A stretch of 63,493 bases of DNA, counting the filler, from Octopus bimaculoides (lineage: Eukaryota): assembly GCF_001194135.2 (NCBI RefSeq). It is 5 parts of 5 records of this genome, joined end to end, with 100 filler letters (N's around TTAATTAATTAA, not from the genome) between each part and the next. Parts side by side here need not be neighbours in the genome. Positions count along the whole stretch, not along the records: positions 1 to 14,447 come from NC_068982.1; 4 more parts are not named here. The stretch is one strand, 5' to 3'. Positions 1 to 10,866 of the stretch are shown piece by piece. A program made the position numbers and the translations under genes. The number at the start of each line of letters is the position of its first letter. The first letter of the stretch is position 1. The notes under the pieces are model-generated. The model was not told where the DNA came from and ran no database searches. It worked only from the letters and a program-made list of their open reading frames with translations.

Positions 1-138
1 TTCTTCATGATCTTTGACAACTATATCTGGTCTATTTGCCTTAATTTCTCTATCTGTGTGTATTGGCATATCCCAGAGTATGGTTGCTTTCTCGTTTTCT
101 GTGACCTTTTCTGGCGTGTGTTTATACCATCTTTATTA

Positions 139-208
<70 letters not shown>

Positions 209-211
209 GAA

Positions 212-432
212 GGCGGTGAGCTGGCAGAATTGCTAACACACCGGGCGAAATGCTTAGCGGTGTTTCGTCTGTCTTTACGTTCTGAGTTCAAATTCCACGC
301 AGGCCGACTTTGCCTTTCATCCTTTCGGGTCGATAAATTAAATACCAGTTACGCATTGGGGAGTCGATGTAATCGACTGGTCCCCTCACCCAAAATTTCA
401 GGCCATGTACCTATAGTAGAAAGGATTATTAT
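212..432 (+). mobile_element. tRNA-type SINE, family 1 (ggcggtgagctggcagaa head)
   Basis: A-box/B-box-like head (tgagctggcagaa...gagttcaaatt), (ATT)n flanks, and homologous copies at 21544, 35291, 46386, 57720. Confidence 0.85.
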
Positions 433-703
433 TCATTGTTATCATTACTGAGATACATTGAACAATGTAATTGCTCAATGTGTTTCAATGTAGGTTTGTT
501 CAATATAACAGGTGTGACAGACATCCAACAAAGTCAAAGTGAATACTTTCGCAGTATATTAGTTACGTCCGTTTTCGTTTTAATGACCACAGGCAAGGCT
601 GTGTGTTTGAGAAGTTTGCTGCACATCTACAACGCTTGAGGAAGTGTTCTACCATAGTAACAGGTCCACAAATGTTTGTGAGTGAAACTTGGTGCATGGA
701 AAC

Positions 704-919
704 TGCGGGGATGCTGAAAATTCCTGGCTCTGAGTAAAAGAAAATACAGGAAGATCATTTAATTATGGTTTTATTCAACATATTCCCTTCTTAGATTCAC
801 ACACTTCTTGCAGCGCTCCTTCAGTTTTTCCAAGCCTTGTAAAAGAACACAGAAAGTTGAGCCTCCAACCAGGCCTTTGGCGATACCCTTAAAGCCAGGA
901 ACTCTTCAGTACACCCTCG
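704..919 (-). mobile_element. Mariner-derived MITE
   Basis: Imperfect TIRs (tgcggggatgctgaaaattcctggct / agccaggaactcttcagtacaccctcg) with TA after the right end; minus strand keeps a transposase C-terminus LQGLEKLKERCKKCVNLRREYVE*. Confidence 0.7.
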
Positions 920-2149
920 TAAGTGATAAATTTAAACCGTTGACTGGTTAGCATCAGCAAGTGGACCTTAGAGCTCTGTAGCAGAGCTCGCTCTGTTGGA
1001 AGCATAAAGGGTCGTTTACTGTCTAAGATTAACTTGTCTCTTTCCATCGGTCTTAGAGATCCTGAAAAGGATCATTGCTGTTACTCTACTCGTCCAATTA
1101 TACCATTAGAATGTTATTACTTGGGTTTGGATTCAGCTTTGCCGTTCATCTTTTCAGGGCCACTGACATATACTTTAGTCATGACCTGGTGTTGCTGAAA
1201 TCGATTAAACTCCTCCTACTTGGATATTGTTGTCGTATTATATCTTGGCTTTACAGATTATATCTCATCCACTCCGCATTGTCTACGTAGTTTTAAATCG
1301 TGTTAGAGGTTATTTCGTTTACTTATTTTGAATTTAAAAAAGCACTAGAGGAAAGTTTTATCAAATAATTACAACTTACAGTGCTACATATGTGAGAAGT
1401 CACCATATGAACACTATGCTATATCTCTTGGAATTAAAATGTTCTAAAAACAACCACTCACTTCACTAATTGTCTTCAGCAAAGGATAATACAACTGTCT
1501 CGTGGCCAAGGCCGCAATAGAGATAACAGAATTCAATTTATTGCGTCGTTATATTATGAGAGAAATGACATTATGTCAAAGCCGATATTAGGAATTGTTT
1601 ATCATTATTATTGCTGTTGTTGCTGTTGCAACATTGGAAATTAGTATTACGCATGTCAATGACGACACAATCTCAGAGAGTGGTAAAAGATCTTTTAAGG
1701 AGACATTTAAGTCAGTTTCATCTAACTTACCACTGATATACTAAATTGCTTATTAAATTATTGTCCTCGTCTAGCTGAATATAGCTTAGATACACTAAAC
1801 TGTGATTGATACTACATTTTATTCTTCTGCATCAGTTTAGATCTTGTTAACAATTTATCTCAGATAATTGACCACAGTGTATGAAAAAACACTGTCCAGT
1901 CAAAACAGTACGAAGCCTCAGCGACTCGTAGATAAGACAATATAAAGAGAAAAAGAGGAGAAAGGCAGATGGGTAGGCAAGAGGAAACGAGCAAGAGGTT
2001 GGAGTGAGGAAGGAGGAGGGGAAGAGGATAATTCGTGGTGATTTTTGTTTTACTACTGATTTTATTGCTCAGAACCTCCTCCCACCAGATCAAAGGCTTT
2101 CCAGCCGTGATCATCTAGTCTTTCTTTTATTGAAACTATTTAGACAAGA

Positions 2150-2600
2150 ACAGATAACAAAACCAAGGCTGTGAGGAGTTTTCAGCACTTTATAAGGAAA
2201 GAGATATAGTCTTACGGCTGTTTCTGGGATATCCTTTAACATTGGCGGCAGTCCCGTTCACGTCATTATCGTTAGCTGATTTGTCTGAACATTTTCTCTC
2301 ATAAATGAGGTGTGCTTTTAAGTTACCACCAACCAGTTTTTTATCGAGACACCATCTCGGGCAAAGTTGCCCACCAAGGCGAAAGAGACTTTGCTCCCCT
2401 GGTTTTGATATCAGAGTGATTCTACTTTAAGTTCATTGCTATCCAGGGCTAATGTACTCGATATACCCGGGACACCAGTTATTTGAAGGCGCCGGACACT
2501 AGCATTTTCACTCCCTTCTGCAGGTTCCAAACAGCTTCACCAGGTGAAGACCTGGAGTTGGACTTGATTACTGCTATCTTAAGCGGTAATTGCAAATAAA
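2150..2600 (-). mobile_element. Decayed L1/Tx1 3' fragment
   Basis: Short similarities (gtgaacgggactgc; gtgtcc...) to the Tx1 ORF2 C-terminal region at 47270-47670; no clean ORF. Confidence 0.4.
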
Positions 2601-2822
2601 GGAACAAAACTATTTGGGAGTGGGGGAACCCACTTAACAAAACACGCTCTGTGGGGTTTGCTGTATAGTCGCCATTTCATTTCAAGGTTGTAGCGATGGT
2701 GTTGGCGAATGTCATGTGACTGAGAAAGAAAGTCTGGGGAGAGAGAATGAGAGGGGTGGAGCAGGAGAAGATGCGTGTCTCTTGTAGGTAAAATAATATA
2801 GTGGAGGGTGGGCGCCCACGAG

Positions 2823-3130
2823 CTAAGAGAGGTGTGTTGTATTACGAGTGTTTAATTCCTTGTACCTCAAGTACCTCAGGTATTTATAACTGGATTGAGG
2901 TTCAATTGCCTTTATCATTTCACCACTTGGCATACATCTGCCTTCTTTCCTGACAAGCTTTCCTCGTCTCATCACCATCGTATCAGATTTTGAGAGTCTA
3001 AACTCCATCTTAATATTACTTGAGAAAATCTACACAGTCTGGATTAGGCTGTCCAGTTCAGCTTCACTTTTGGGGAAAAACTTCAAGTCGTCCATGTGGT
3101 GCACCTTGTCGACTAGGTCCGGTTTGTTAT
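2823..3130 (-). mobile_element. R4/Dong-clade LINE RT fragment
   Basis: Minus strand KVHHMDDLKFFPKSEAELDSLIQTV*...MEFRLSKSDTMVMRRGK...SYKYL, matching the YMDDLKL...FGxxKC...YKYLG pattern of R4/Dong RTs. Confidence 0.75.
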
Positions 3131-3313
3131 GCTCTAGTGTCTGATCTGTTTCGATTGGGAAATCCCAGATGATTTTACTAGTCTCCGACTCCGCCACTCT
3201 CTGAGGTTTGTGCTCATAATACGTTTTGCCTTTTACGCAAGTGGTTCAGTTTTCCCTTACCTCTTCCCAGATCATACCCCAACTCATTATTATTATTATT
3301 ATCATTATTATTA

Positions 3314-3347
<34 letters not shown>

Positions 3348-3426
3348 CATTATCATCACCGTCATCATCATCATCATCATCATTATTATTTTTATTTTTA
3401 TTATCATTATTATTATTATTATTATT

Positions 3427-3530
3427 GTTCAGTAGTTTTATTTTTATAACGTGCTTTCACTTCACTACCGAGCGCAGCTCTGTGCGCCTTGGGTATGTGC
3501 TGTGGTTTGTTGTGGTGCTCTTATGGTTAC
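3427..3530 (-). mobile_element. 5'-truncated Dong 3' UTR inserted in (TAA)n
   Basis: Near-identical to 6101-6205, the 3' UTR of the Dong copy; TTA/TAA repeats on both sides. Confidence 0.85.
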
Positions 3531-3597
<67 letters not shown>

Positions 3598-4659
3598 TGT
3601 ATACGAGGCGAAAAGAGGTACCACTTTGTTGCTCTGTAAAATTTGTTGTTTTATCAAGCATTTCTGAAAGAAAAAAATATTTTGTTTTGAATACCTCTTG
3701 CGAAAAACCCTTCTGGAACTTCTCTAGATATCTTTCCCGTATAAGAAGAGAAAACAGAGATTTTTTTTAAGCATTAGTTTTTGTGCTTACATTCAACCTA
3801 ATAAGAACTAGCTATGAGTCGACGAAGAGTTAACGCCTCCTAAAAACTTCAATTGTTTATAAAAGTACAGAAATTAATCAAGACGAAGGAAATCATACGA
3901 GAAAATGTAAGCGTTTACAACGCCAAAACAATAATTTATTGGCTGAAAACATCTGCACTGAAGTAGATATTACTAACGATGTATTCAACAGCAATTATAA
4001 AATACACACGCAAGTTTTCTTTGCCGGGCCGCTATAATCAGCACGCATGCGCTTTTCCTCAAGCAAAAGACTGAATAGAGAGCGTCGAATTGTAAAACAA
4101 AGAAAGCCTTCTTTCTTTTGTTATATCTCATCGAATTAACGGATCATTGATACAAATCAACCTAGCAAACTTTCGTGACAAAGGGATAAGCATTCATAAC
4201 GCAGTCCCTTGATGAATAGCAAAATACAAAGTAAATAACTTATCTCCGCATTTCGGAAGACAAAGAGGCCTTCCTCGTGCCGCTTGAAGAGTAATTGCAG
4301 CCAGCATTTGCCGATGTACGGAATGGTATATTCTCTATGAGATGAGGAAGTAATTACGTAACCATATATGTAATGTTTGTAACGGATGATGAAACGGAAA
4401 GACAAGTTATATCATTAATATCGCCTTGTAACGAACAGAAGAAAATAAATAAGACAGTCCACTGTCGAGAACAGTAAAAACAGAATAATAGTAGTAAGGG
4501 AGAGGCAAGTAAAATGTTCAAAGCGCAGCTTGACCCACCTCCATGATTTTCACAGATTTTTGTACGAAATGAAGAGCAGCTTGAACATTTAATGAGGTAA
4601 CCTGAAGATTTAGGGGCAAACTTAAGGGCAAAATGAGCTTTGCTCACATATAGATAAAA

Positions 4660-4816
4660 CGGGCTTCTTTCAGTTTCCGTCTACTGAATCCACTCATAAG
4701 CCTTTGGTCGACCCAAGGATATAGTAGAAGACACTTGCCCAAGGTGCCGCGCTGTGGGACTGAGCCCGGAACCATGAGGGAAGCAAGCTTCTTACCACAC
4801 AGCCCCGAATGCGCCT
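4660..4816 (-). mobile_element. tRNA-type SINE, family 2
   Basis: Minus strand ggctgtgtggtaagaagcttgct...ggttccgggctcagtccc...gcaccttgggcaagtgtcttctac...gaaactgaaagaagcccg; second copy at 31512-31666. Confidence 0.8.
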
Positions 4817-5162
4817 ATATTTAAATCTTTAGTAAGACGTGTGCACTTCTTTGCCTATTTCGATGCCTGAATTTCCACGGACTGTTGCGAAACGAGAGAT
4901 TTACTTCACGAAATGAACGGAAAGATTAAAGTTTACTAGAGTTGTGAAAAATCTTGATCTAATTCAGAAAATTGTAATCATCTTTTATTTATACCTGCTT
5001 AATTTGTATAATAATACGTCTTTTTTTTATATATCTTTAATTCATCCTTATATATTTTGTAACACATTTGTATGCCCGCTTGTTGTATGAAAAAATGAGC
5101 CCTAGTGGCTAAAATTAAGAAACGATTAAAGTGTTGGGATCTGATTTGATGTAGACTTCCAG

Positions 5163-5635
5163 GTGAACAAGAACTTGTGGGGAGGTGACGAGCAGGGTAA
5201 CCAATCTCACCCAGAAATGGGCAGAGAGGAAACTGTCCTTGAAGGATCGGGCGGAGGTGGTGAATGCATACATCGCCTCTGCCATCTACTATCGTCTGAC
5301 CGTCGTCTCTTGCCCCATTTCATACCTGATAAAGTTGGAGTGCTTGCTCTCCCACTTTCTATGGAAGGGACGTGTTCTGCTCGTCAGTCGGTCCATCTAC
5401 TGTCAACAGCCGCTGAGTGGAGGACTGGGCATGCCGAGGCTAATAAAGCGCAGACATGCGCTAAGGCTGTGACATCTCCAGCCTTTCCTAAACGGTGAGC
5501 AGGTGTGGTCGCCGTTCATCAAACGGGACTCTCTGCAGCTCGTCTGATGGAACTACAATCCTGGGTCAATCGCAGACCAAGAAAGGGCGCTTGGCACCTG
5601 GAGTGTCGGCAAGCGCTCACAACCTTCTGACAGGT
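5163..5635 (+). mobile_element. L1/Tx1 ORF2 fragment (RT thumb region)
   Basis: QKWAERKLSLKDRAEVVN...FLWKG...QQPLSGGLGMP; homologous to 24535-24670 (-) and 46675-46960 (+). Confidence 0.8.
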
Positions 5636-5790
5636 CTTTGAAAAACATATTAAGAATATTGGAGCTGTTGTCAGGCACGGGGTGATCCAGAAAACAGCAT
5701 TGTTGGGTACAGCTCGCATTTTAAGGAGAATATTGTCTCTGTGAGTCACAGGAGAAGGCACTACTTGAAACCTTTGGTGATTTGTTATTG
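5636..5790 (+). mobile_element. R4/Dong 3' end fragment
   Basis: FEKHIKNIGAVVRHGVIQKTALLGTARILRRILSL*, the Dong C-terminal motif also seen at 6202-6426. Confidence 0.7.
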
Positions 5791-5797
5791 CCTGCTT

Positions 5798-6031
5798 TCA
5801 AGTAAAGAATAACCGATAATTAAGAACTATCCTCTTTACATACAATCTTGACACATCACTCTTGCAGTGTAGTTCCTTCTTCATTGTCATTAATTTACGT
5901 GTTCTCCGGTCTAACACTTGTAATTCATGCTTCTTCCAAGATACTCTTCCTGCGTCATATCTCATCAAAGCAACCGCCCACGTGTTAATTGCCCTAATCT
6001 TATAGCGGCCATTTAGCTTCGATTGAAGCAC
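5798..6031 (-). mobile_element. R4/Dong RT-thumb fragment
   Basis: SKLNGRYKIRAINTWAVALMRY...LDRRTRKLMTMKKELHCKSDVSRLY. Confidence 0.8.
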
Positions 6032-6100
6032 AAGCCGGGGTTCTCCTCAAATACTCTTTCCTGTACATTTCTTTCATCATGTGTTCATATTATTATTATT

Positions 6101-7075
6101 GTTCAGTAGTTTTATTTTTTATAACGTGCTTTCACTTCACTACCGAGCGCAGCTCTGTGCGCCTTGGGTATGTGCTGTGGTTTGCTGTGGTGCTCTTATG
6201 GTTACTGTATTGAAAGTGTTTTGCGTAGGATGTGTGCAGTACCCAGTAGTGCAATTTTCTGTATGTTATATATATTTGTAAGTCCTGGTGTTTTTGTTAT
6301 GTATTTGTCTGAATATTTTTTTATTATACCTAAGGCACCTACTATGATAGGAATTGTTTCTGTTTTTAGATTCCACATTCGAGTTATCTCTATTTCCAGG
6401 TCTTTGTATTTTGAAAGTTTTTCCATTTCTTTTAGAGAAACGTTGTCATCTGCTGGTATTGATACATCAATTANNNNNNNNNNNNNNNNNNNNNNNNNNN
6501 NNNNNNNNNNNNNNNNNNNNNNNNNNNNNNNNNNNNNNNNNNNNNNNNNNNNNNNNNNNNNNNNNNNNNNNNNNNNNNNNNNNNNNNNNNNNNNNNNNNN
6601 NNNNNNNNNNNNNNNNNNNNNNNNNNNNNNNNNNNNNNNNNNNNNNNNNNNNNNNNNNNNNNNNNNNNNNNNNNNNNNNNNNNNNNNNNNNNNNNNNNNN
6701 NNNNNNNNNNNNNNNNNNNNNNNNNNNNNNNNNNNNNNNNNNNNNNNNNNNNNNNNNNNNNNNNNNNNNNNNNNNNNNNNNNNNNNNNNNNNNNNNNNNN
6801 NNNNNNNNNNNNNNNNNNNNNNNNNNNNNNNNNNNNNNNNNNNNGAATATATTCCTTCTTAGCCAGGACTGGGCAGCCAGAGATAATATGATTTATTGTT
6901 TCTTGTCCATCTCCACATATTCTACAGTTACTTGTTATGTTTCTTTTCATTATATGTTTTTGGTAATTTCTGGTGGGGAGGCTTTGGTCTTGTGCAGCAA
7001 TTAAAAATCCTTCAGTCTCTGCTTTGAGTCCTGAGCTTCTCAACCATTGCTGGGATTTTTCTCTGTCTATTTCTT
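6101..7075 (-). mobile_element. R4/Dong LINE 3' part (CCHC finger, restriction-like endonuclease end, 3' UTR); gapped
   Basis: WLRSSGLKAETEGFLIAAQDQ...CRICGDGQETINHIISGC; EKLSKYKDLEIEI...PIIVGALG...QKIALLGTAHILRKTLSIQ*; 3' UTR ends in (AAT)n. Confidence 0.9.
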
Positions 7076-7094
7076 CTTCTTCTTCTTCTTCTTC

Positions 7095-7159
<65 letters not shown>

Positions 7160-7170
7160 TTTATTTTCAG

Positions 7171-8009
7171 ACATTTTTCTGTGTTTTACACCTGTATTTA
7201 CGCTTTGCACGTACGTGTGTGCAATCCCAAAGGTGATGGATTATCCAGTACAAAGAATCTTATTGAAAACCCAGTGCTACGTGTTGGTGTATGGGTGATC
7301 GGCGTAGTCGGTGTCTTGGGAAACTGCTTGGTTTTACTTGGACGTTTTTGCATTAACGAAGACAACAAAGTTCATTCGTTTTACATTCAAAATTTGGCGT
7401 TGGCTGATATGCTGATGGGTGTTTATTTGCTAACTGTCGGTTCTAAGGATATGTTTTATCGTGAGAAATATTTATCGAACGACCAACAATGGAGATATTC
7501 ATGGCTTTGCAACAGCTGCGGAGTGATTTCAACTATTAGCACAGAAATGTCTGTTTTTACTGTGGTACTCATTACTTTAGACCGATACATTAATGTCGTC
7601 TATCCGTTTTCATTACACAAATGCGGACGAAAAACAGCATATTTTTTAATATTATCGATGTGGCTCGCTAATTTCCTTCTTGCTGTACTGCCAGTTCTCG
7701 GCATACCTTATTTCGGAGAACATTTCTATCGAAACAATGCTGTGTGTCTACCTTTGCATATCCATGAACCGTATATAAAAGGTTGGGAATACTCAGCTTT
7801 CTTATTTCTCGGTATAAATGTGCTAGCTTTCATATTTATCTCCTATGCCTATTTCGTCATGTTTTGCAATATCCGTAAGTCAGCCATGTCCCTGCGAACA
7901 AATCGTGAAAATCATGATCATCTTATAATGAAGAGATTCTCCATGATCGTCCTCACTGACTTTATGTGTTGGGTTCCTATAATAACAGTGAAAACTGTAG
8001 CACTTGCAG
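7171..8009 (+). CDS. Relaxin/insulin-like peptide receptor-type LGR GPCR (type C; RXFP1/2- or Lgr3/Lgr4-like), exon encoding hinge plus TM1-TM6
   Basis: Translation HFSVFYTCIYALHVRVCNPKGDGLSSTKNL (type C LGR hinge), GNCLVL (TM1), NLALADMLMGVYL (TM2), TLDRY (TM3), CLPLHIHEPYIKGWEYSAFLFLGIN (ECL2/TM5), TDFMCWVP (TM6). Acceptor ttttcag ends at 7170; donor GCAG|gtaagc at 8009/8010 (phase 1). Family is clear; exact orthologue is not. Confidence 0.93.
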
Positions 8010-8881
8010 GTAAGCTTATCGTAAAGTTCCTTTTTTTCATGTTTCTTCATTTTAGTTCTTTTAATTTCTCCTTCAGCTATTTTCTTTGCATCTGTACAGT
8101 TGTTGATAAAGAAATATTCAAATGTTTAGACACGGATTAATCTTGGTCGAGTTGGCCTATAATCAAAATCATTTGAGCATTTCGTTTTCTTTTGTGTATC
8201 AGTGACTACTTTTTGTGATCTGTCCTTATCTTTTTAAGACACTAAGGTATGATATTTCAATATCTTGTTTACTTTTAATTTAAAGTGAGTAGCAAGAGAT
8301 AATTCTTCCTTCCACGTCTACATATCTACATTTATGACTATTTCACTTCATTTTTATTGGTAATCATGGATAAAAAATATATGATCTTTTTTTTAATTAA
8401 ACACAAAATTAAGTGGGATAGAGAATATCTATTTCTATTTCTCATAAAACATTTTGAACTTCATGTTTTACGAAGGAAAACTTAACTTGCTGCAAACGCT
8501 AATCTTTGAATGCTTCCAGCTTTTTAAATACTGCCAAACTGTTGTCCGAATAGCTATAAACAGTTTCCTCGAAGTCACAAAATAACTCCGTTCTCAGTAT
8601 TTACTGACTCTGTACAAACCACCACGTCTATTTACATTATCAAATCTTTACTCAACACATGCTATCATCAACAACTTTTCTCCTTCTTTTCATCACGCTT
8701 ATTTTCTTTCTCTCCCTCTCACTTTTTCACTATTTCTCTTTTTCCTCTTACATTCTTTCTCATTCCCTCTCACACACACATACACACTCACACACGTACA
8801 CACGCATCGTCATTATGACCGTTAATCTTCTTTGTTATAATTTCCATGTTGTTTCTCAACGTTGGTGCTTTCTGTTTCCAG

Positions 8882-9123
8882 GTTACCATATTGATGACAA
8901 TCTCTACGCTTGGTTAGCAATTTTTATTCTACCAATCAACAGTGCCCTTAACCCACTAATCTACACCATGATGACTACACATTTTAAGCGAGCCGTCTTA
9001 AAAAACGTCCTTGTCAGAGCTTTCGGAAAAGTGAACCAGTCGGATCTTACCGGATCGTCTTGCGGAGTGTTACGACAACACAGTTGTGTTCAGGTTACTG
9101 AGGTAAAGGTTTCGTCATGCTAA
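8882..9123 (+). CDS. Same LGR GPCR, exon encoding ECL3, TM7 and the C-terminal tail
   Basis: Acceptor tctgtttccag ends at 8881; phase-1 join G|GT gives ALAG-YHIDDNLYAWLAIFILPINSALNPLIYT (NPxxY). In-frame stop at 9121-9123; an alternative donor GAG|gtaaag at 9102/9103 would instead splice to a further exon. Confidence 0.9.
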
Positions 9124-10787
9124 TGCATAAAAGCAAATCTCAGTCGTTTCACCTCGTCAATAAACATCATGAAATACAATACACATTGTACAATACACAT
9201 TGTGTTCAAAAGTATTACAGCAAACCGCATTATGGTTTCGTTTCCCCCTCGTAACTGCGACGCAATTTTTGCATCTCGGATTCATTAAGAAAAAGAGAGC
9301 CGATCCATTTCCACAAGCTCACTTCAACAATTTCTTTTAAGATATAGTCATGTGACTGTATAAGAATTCCTTATTTTAACATACAACTAGTGATCCAAAG
9401 GGTTAGATCTTTTGCTGAAAAAAACTCAGTCACCTTGCATAATTATAATTGGTTAAATGTTTTACAAGCGCGTCCATATTTTATGTGAAATATTTGTTTA
9501 GGCATTTCTCAAGAAGGAAAACTGATGTAACACCTGGGACTTTGTTTATATTCTATGGCGTAGACTAGTCCTTCTTTTGGGGGGAAGTGCATATGTTGTT
9601 TAGAGAGTGGAATTAGCCCTGCGTAAAGTGTTTCTCACTTTAAAATATCTTCAAACATAGGCATCGCTAAATTTTTAACATCTTTTTATGCAGAGCCGAA
9701 AAAGGCAAAACACTCAATGAAAATGTTCATGATAGAATGAAGGCATGTGACAACGTGGATCGTAACTCTCTAAATAACTGCTACAAGAGTCGCCACATTG
9801 GTGCAAAAGTGTGTAGGTTCCTAGCAGAATTGACGAGGCACATTCATGTTGCTTTAACAGCGACAAGTCTCATTCAAGTGACGGTATTGCAGTCATTATG
9901 TATGTGTGTATGTATATATGTATCTTTTGCCGATGTGTATTAGTAAAAGAAAAACCTGATAAAAATATTCAGCGCCCAATATCACTCTGACCATATACTT
10001 CCCCTATATTGTGCGCCCCTTCAACCAGCTTTACATCTTGCTTTCCCTCCTCTCAAGCCAATAGTCTACTCCAACATTTCTTAGTCCTGCAATATGCTTT
10101 TCTTCGGTTCTGCATTTTGCTTCCCCTTCCGCCAGCCTTACTTTGTGTTCACCTTTCTTTATGCCTTACAATATGCCCTTCTGCCAGTTCTACAATATCT
10201 GCTCCCTTTGTCAGCCCTACAATATACTTTCCCCTCTTTCAACCTGAAAGTGTGCTTCCTTTTCTCTCGGTCATATGATGTACTCCCATTTTTACCACTC
10301 CTACATTGTGCGCTTCCTTAAAAAGTCTGCTCTAAATTCTCCAAATTCAGCTTCTTTATATCACATGAGAAATCCAATTTGAAAACTTATAACTAACTTA
10401 CAAACAAGAAATTTATCGTTTAGGATTATTCATATCATCGAGTATATCTGTTATCGGACAATATTTGAAATGCTTCACGACAAATCATACGATAGGTAAA
10501 TAACACCGCACAAAACTCCCGTCTTTTACTCTCCAACTAACTCCTGTTCTCCGTCCTCCAATGTTCCGAGATGGACTTACCCTCCTCTCTTTGTGAAGCA
10601 TCCCAAGGTGATTACCTACACCAACTGGTGTGTAGCTCTGAATGTACTTTGAAGCATTTGTTCCACTAGAGTTACAAATAAAGTTTCTTTACAACGCTCA
10701 CCTTATAGTGTACTGGCGATTGTCCCGTTGGAAACCTGTAAGTCAACAATACTATTCTTCAAAATATGTGTGTGCGTGCGTGCGTGC

Positions 10788-10866
<79 letters not shown>

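Noticed and set aside
493-580. LFNITGVTDIQQ resembling the last LRR of RXFP
   Set aside because: Only superficial similarity; no suitable donor or phase.
1836-1885. Possible LRR exon (cag|T TTA GAT CTT GTT AAC AAT = LDLVNN)
   Set aside because: Length and phase do not fit the usual 72-bp LRR exon, the LRR consensus breaks down, and a stop follows.
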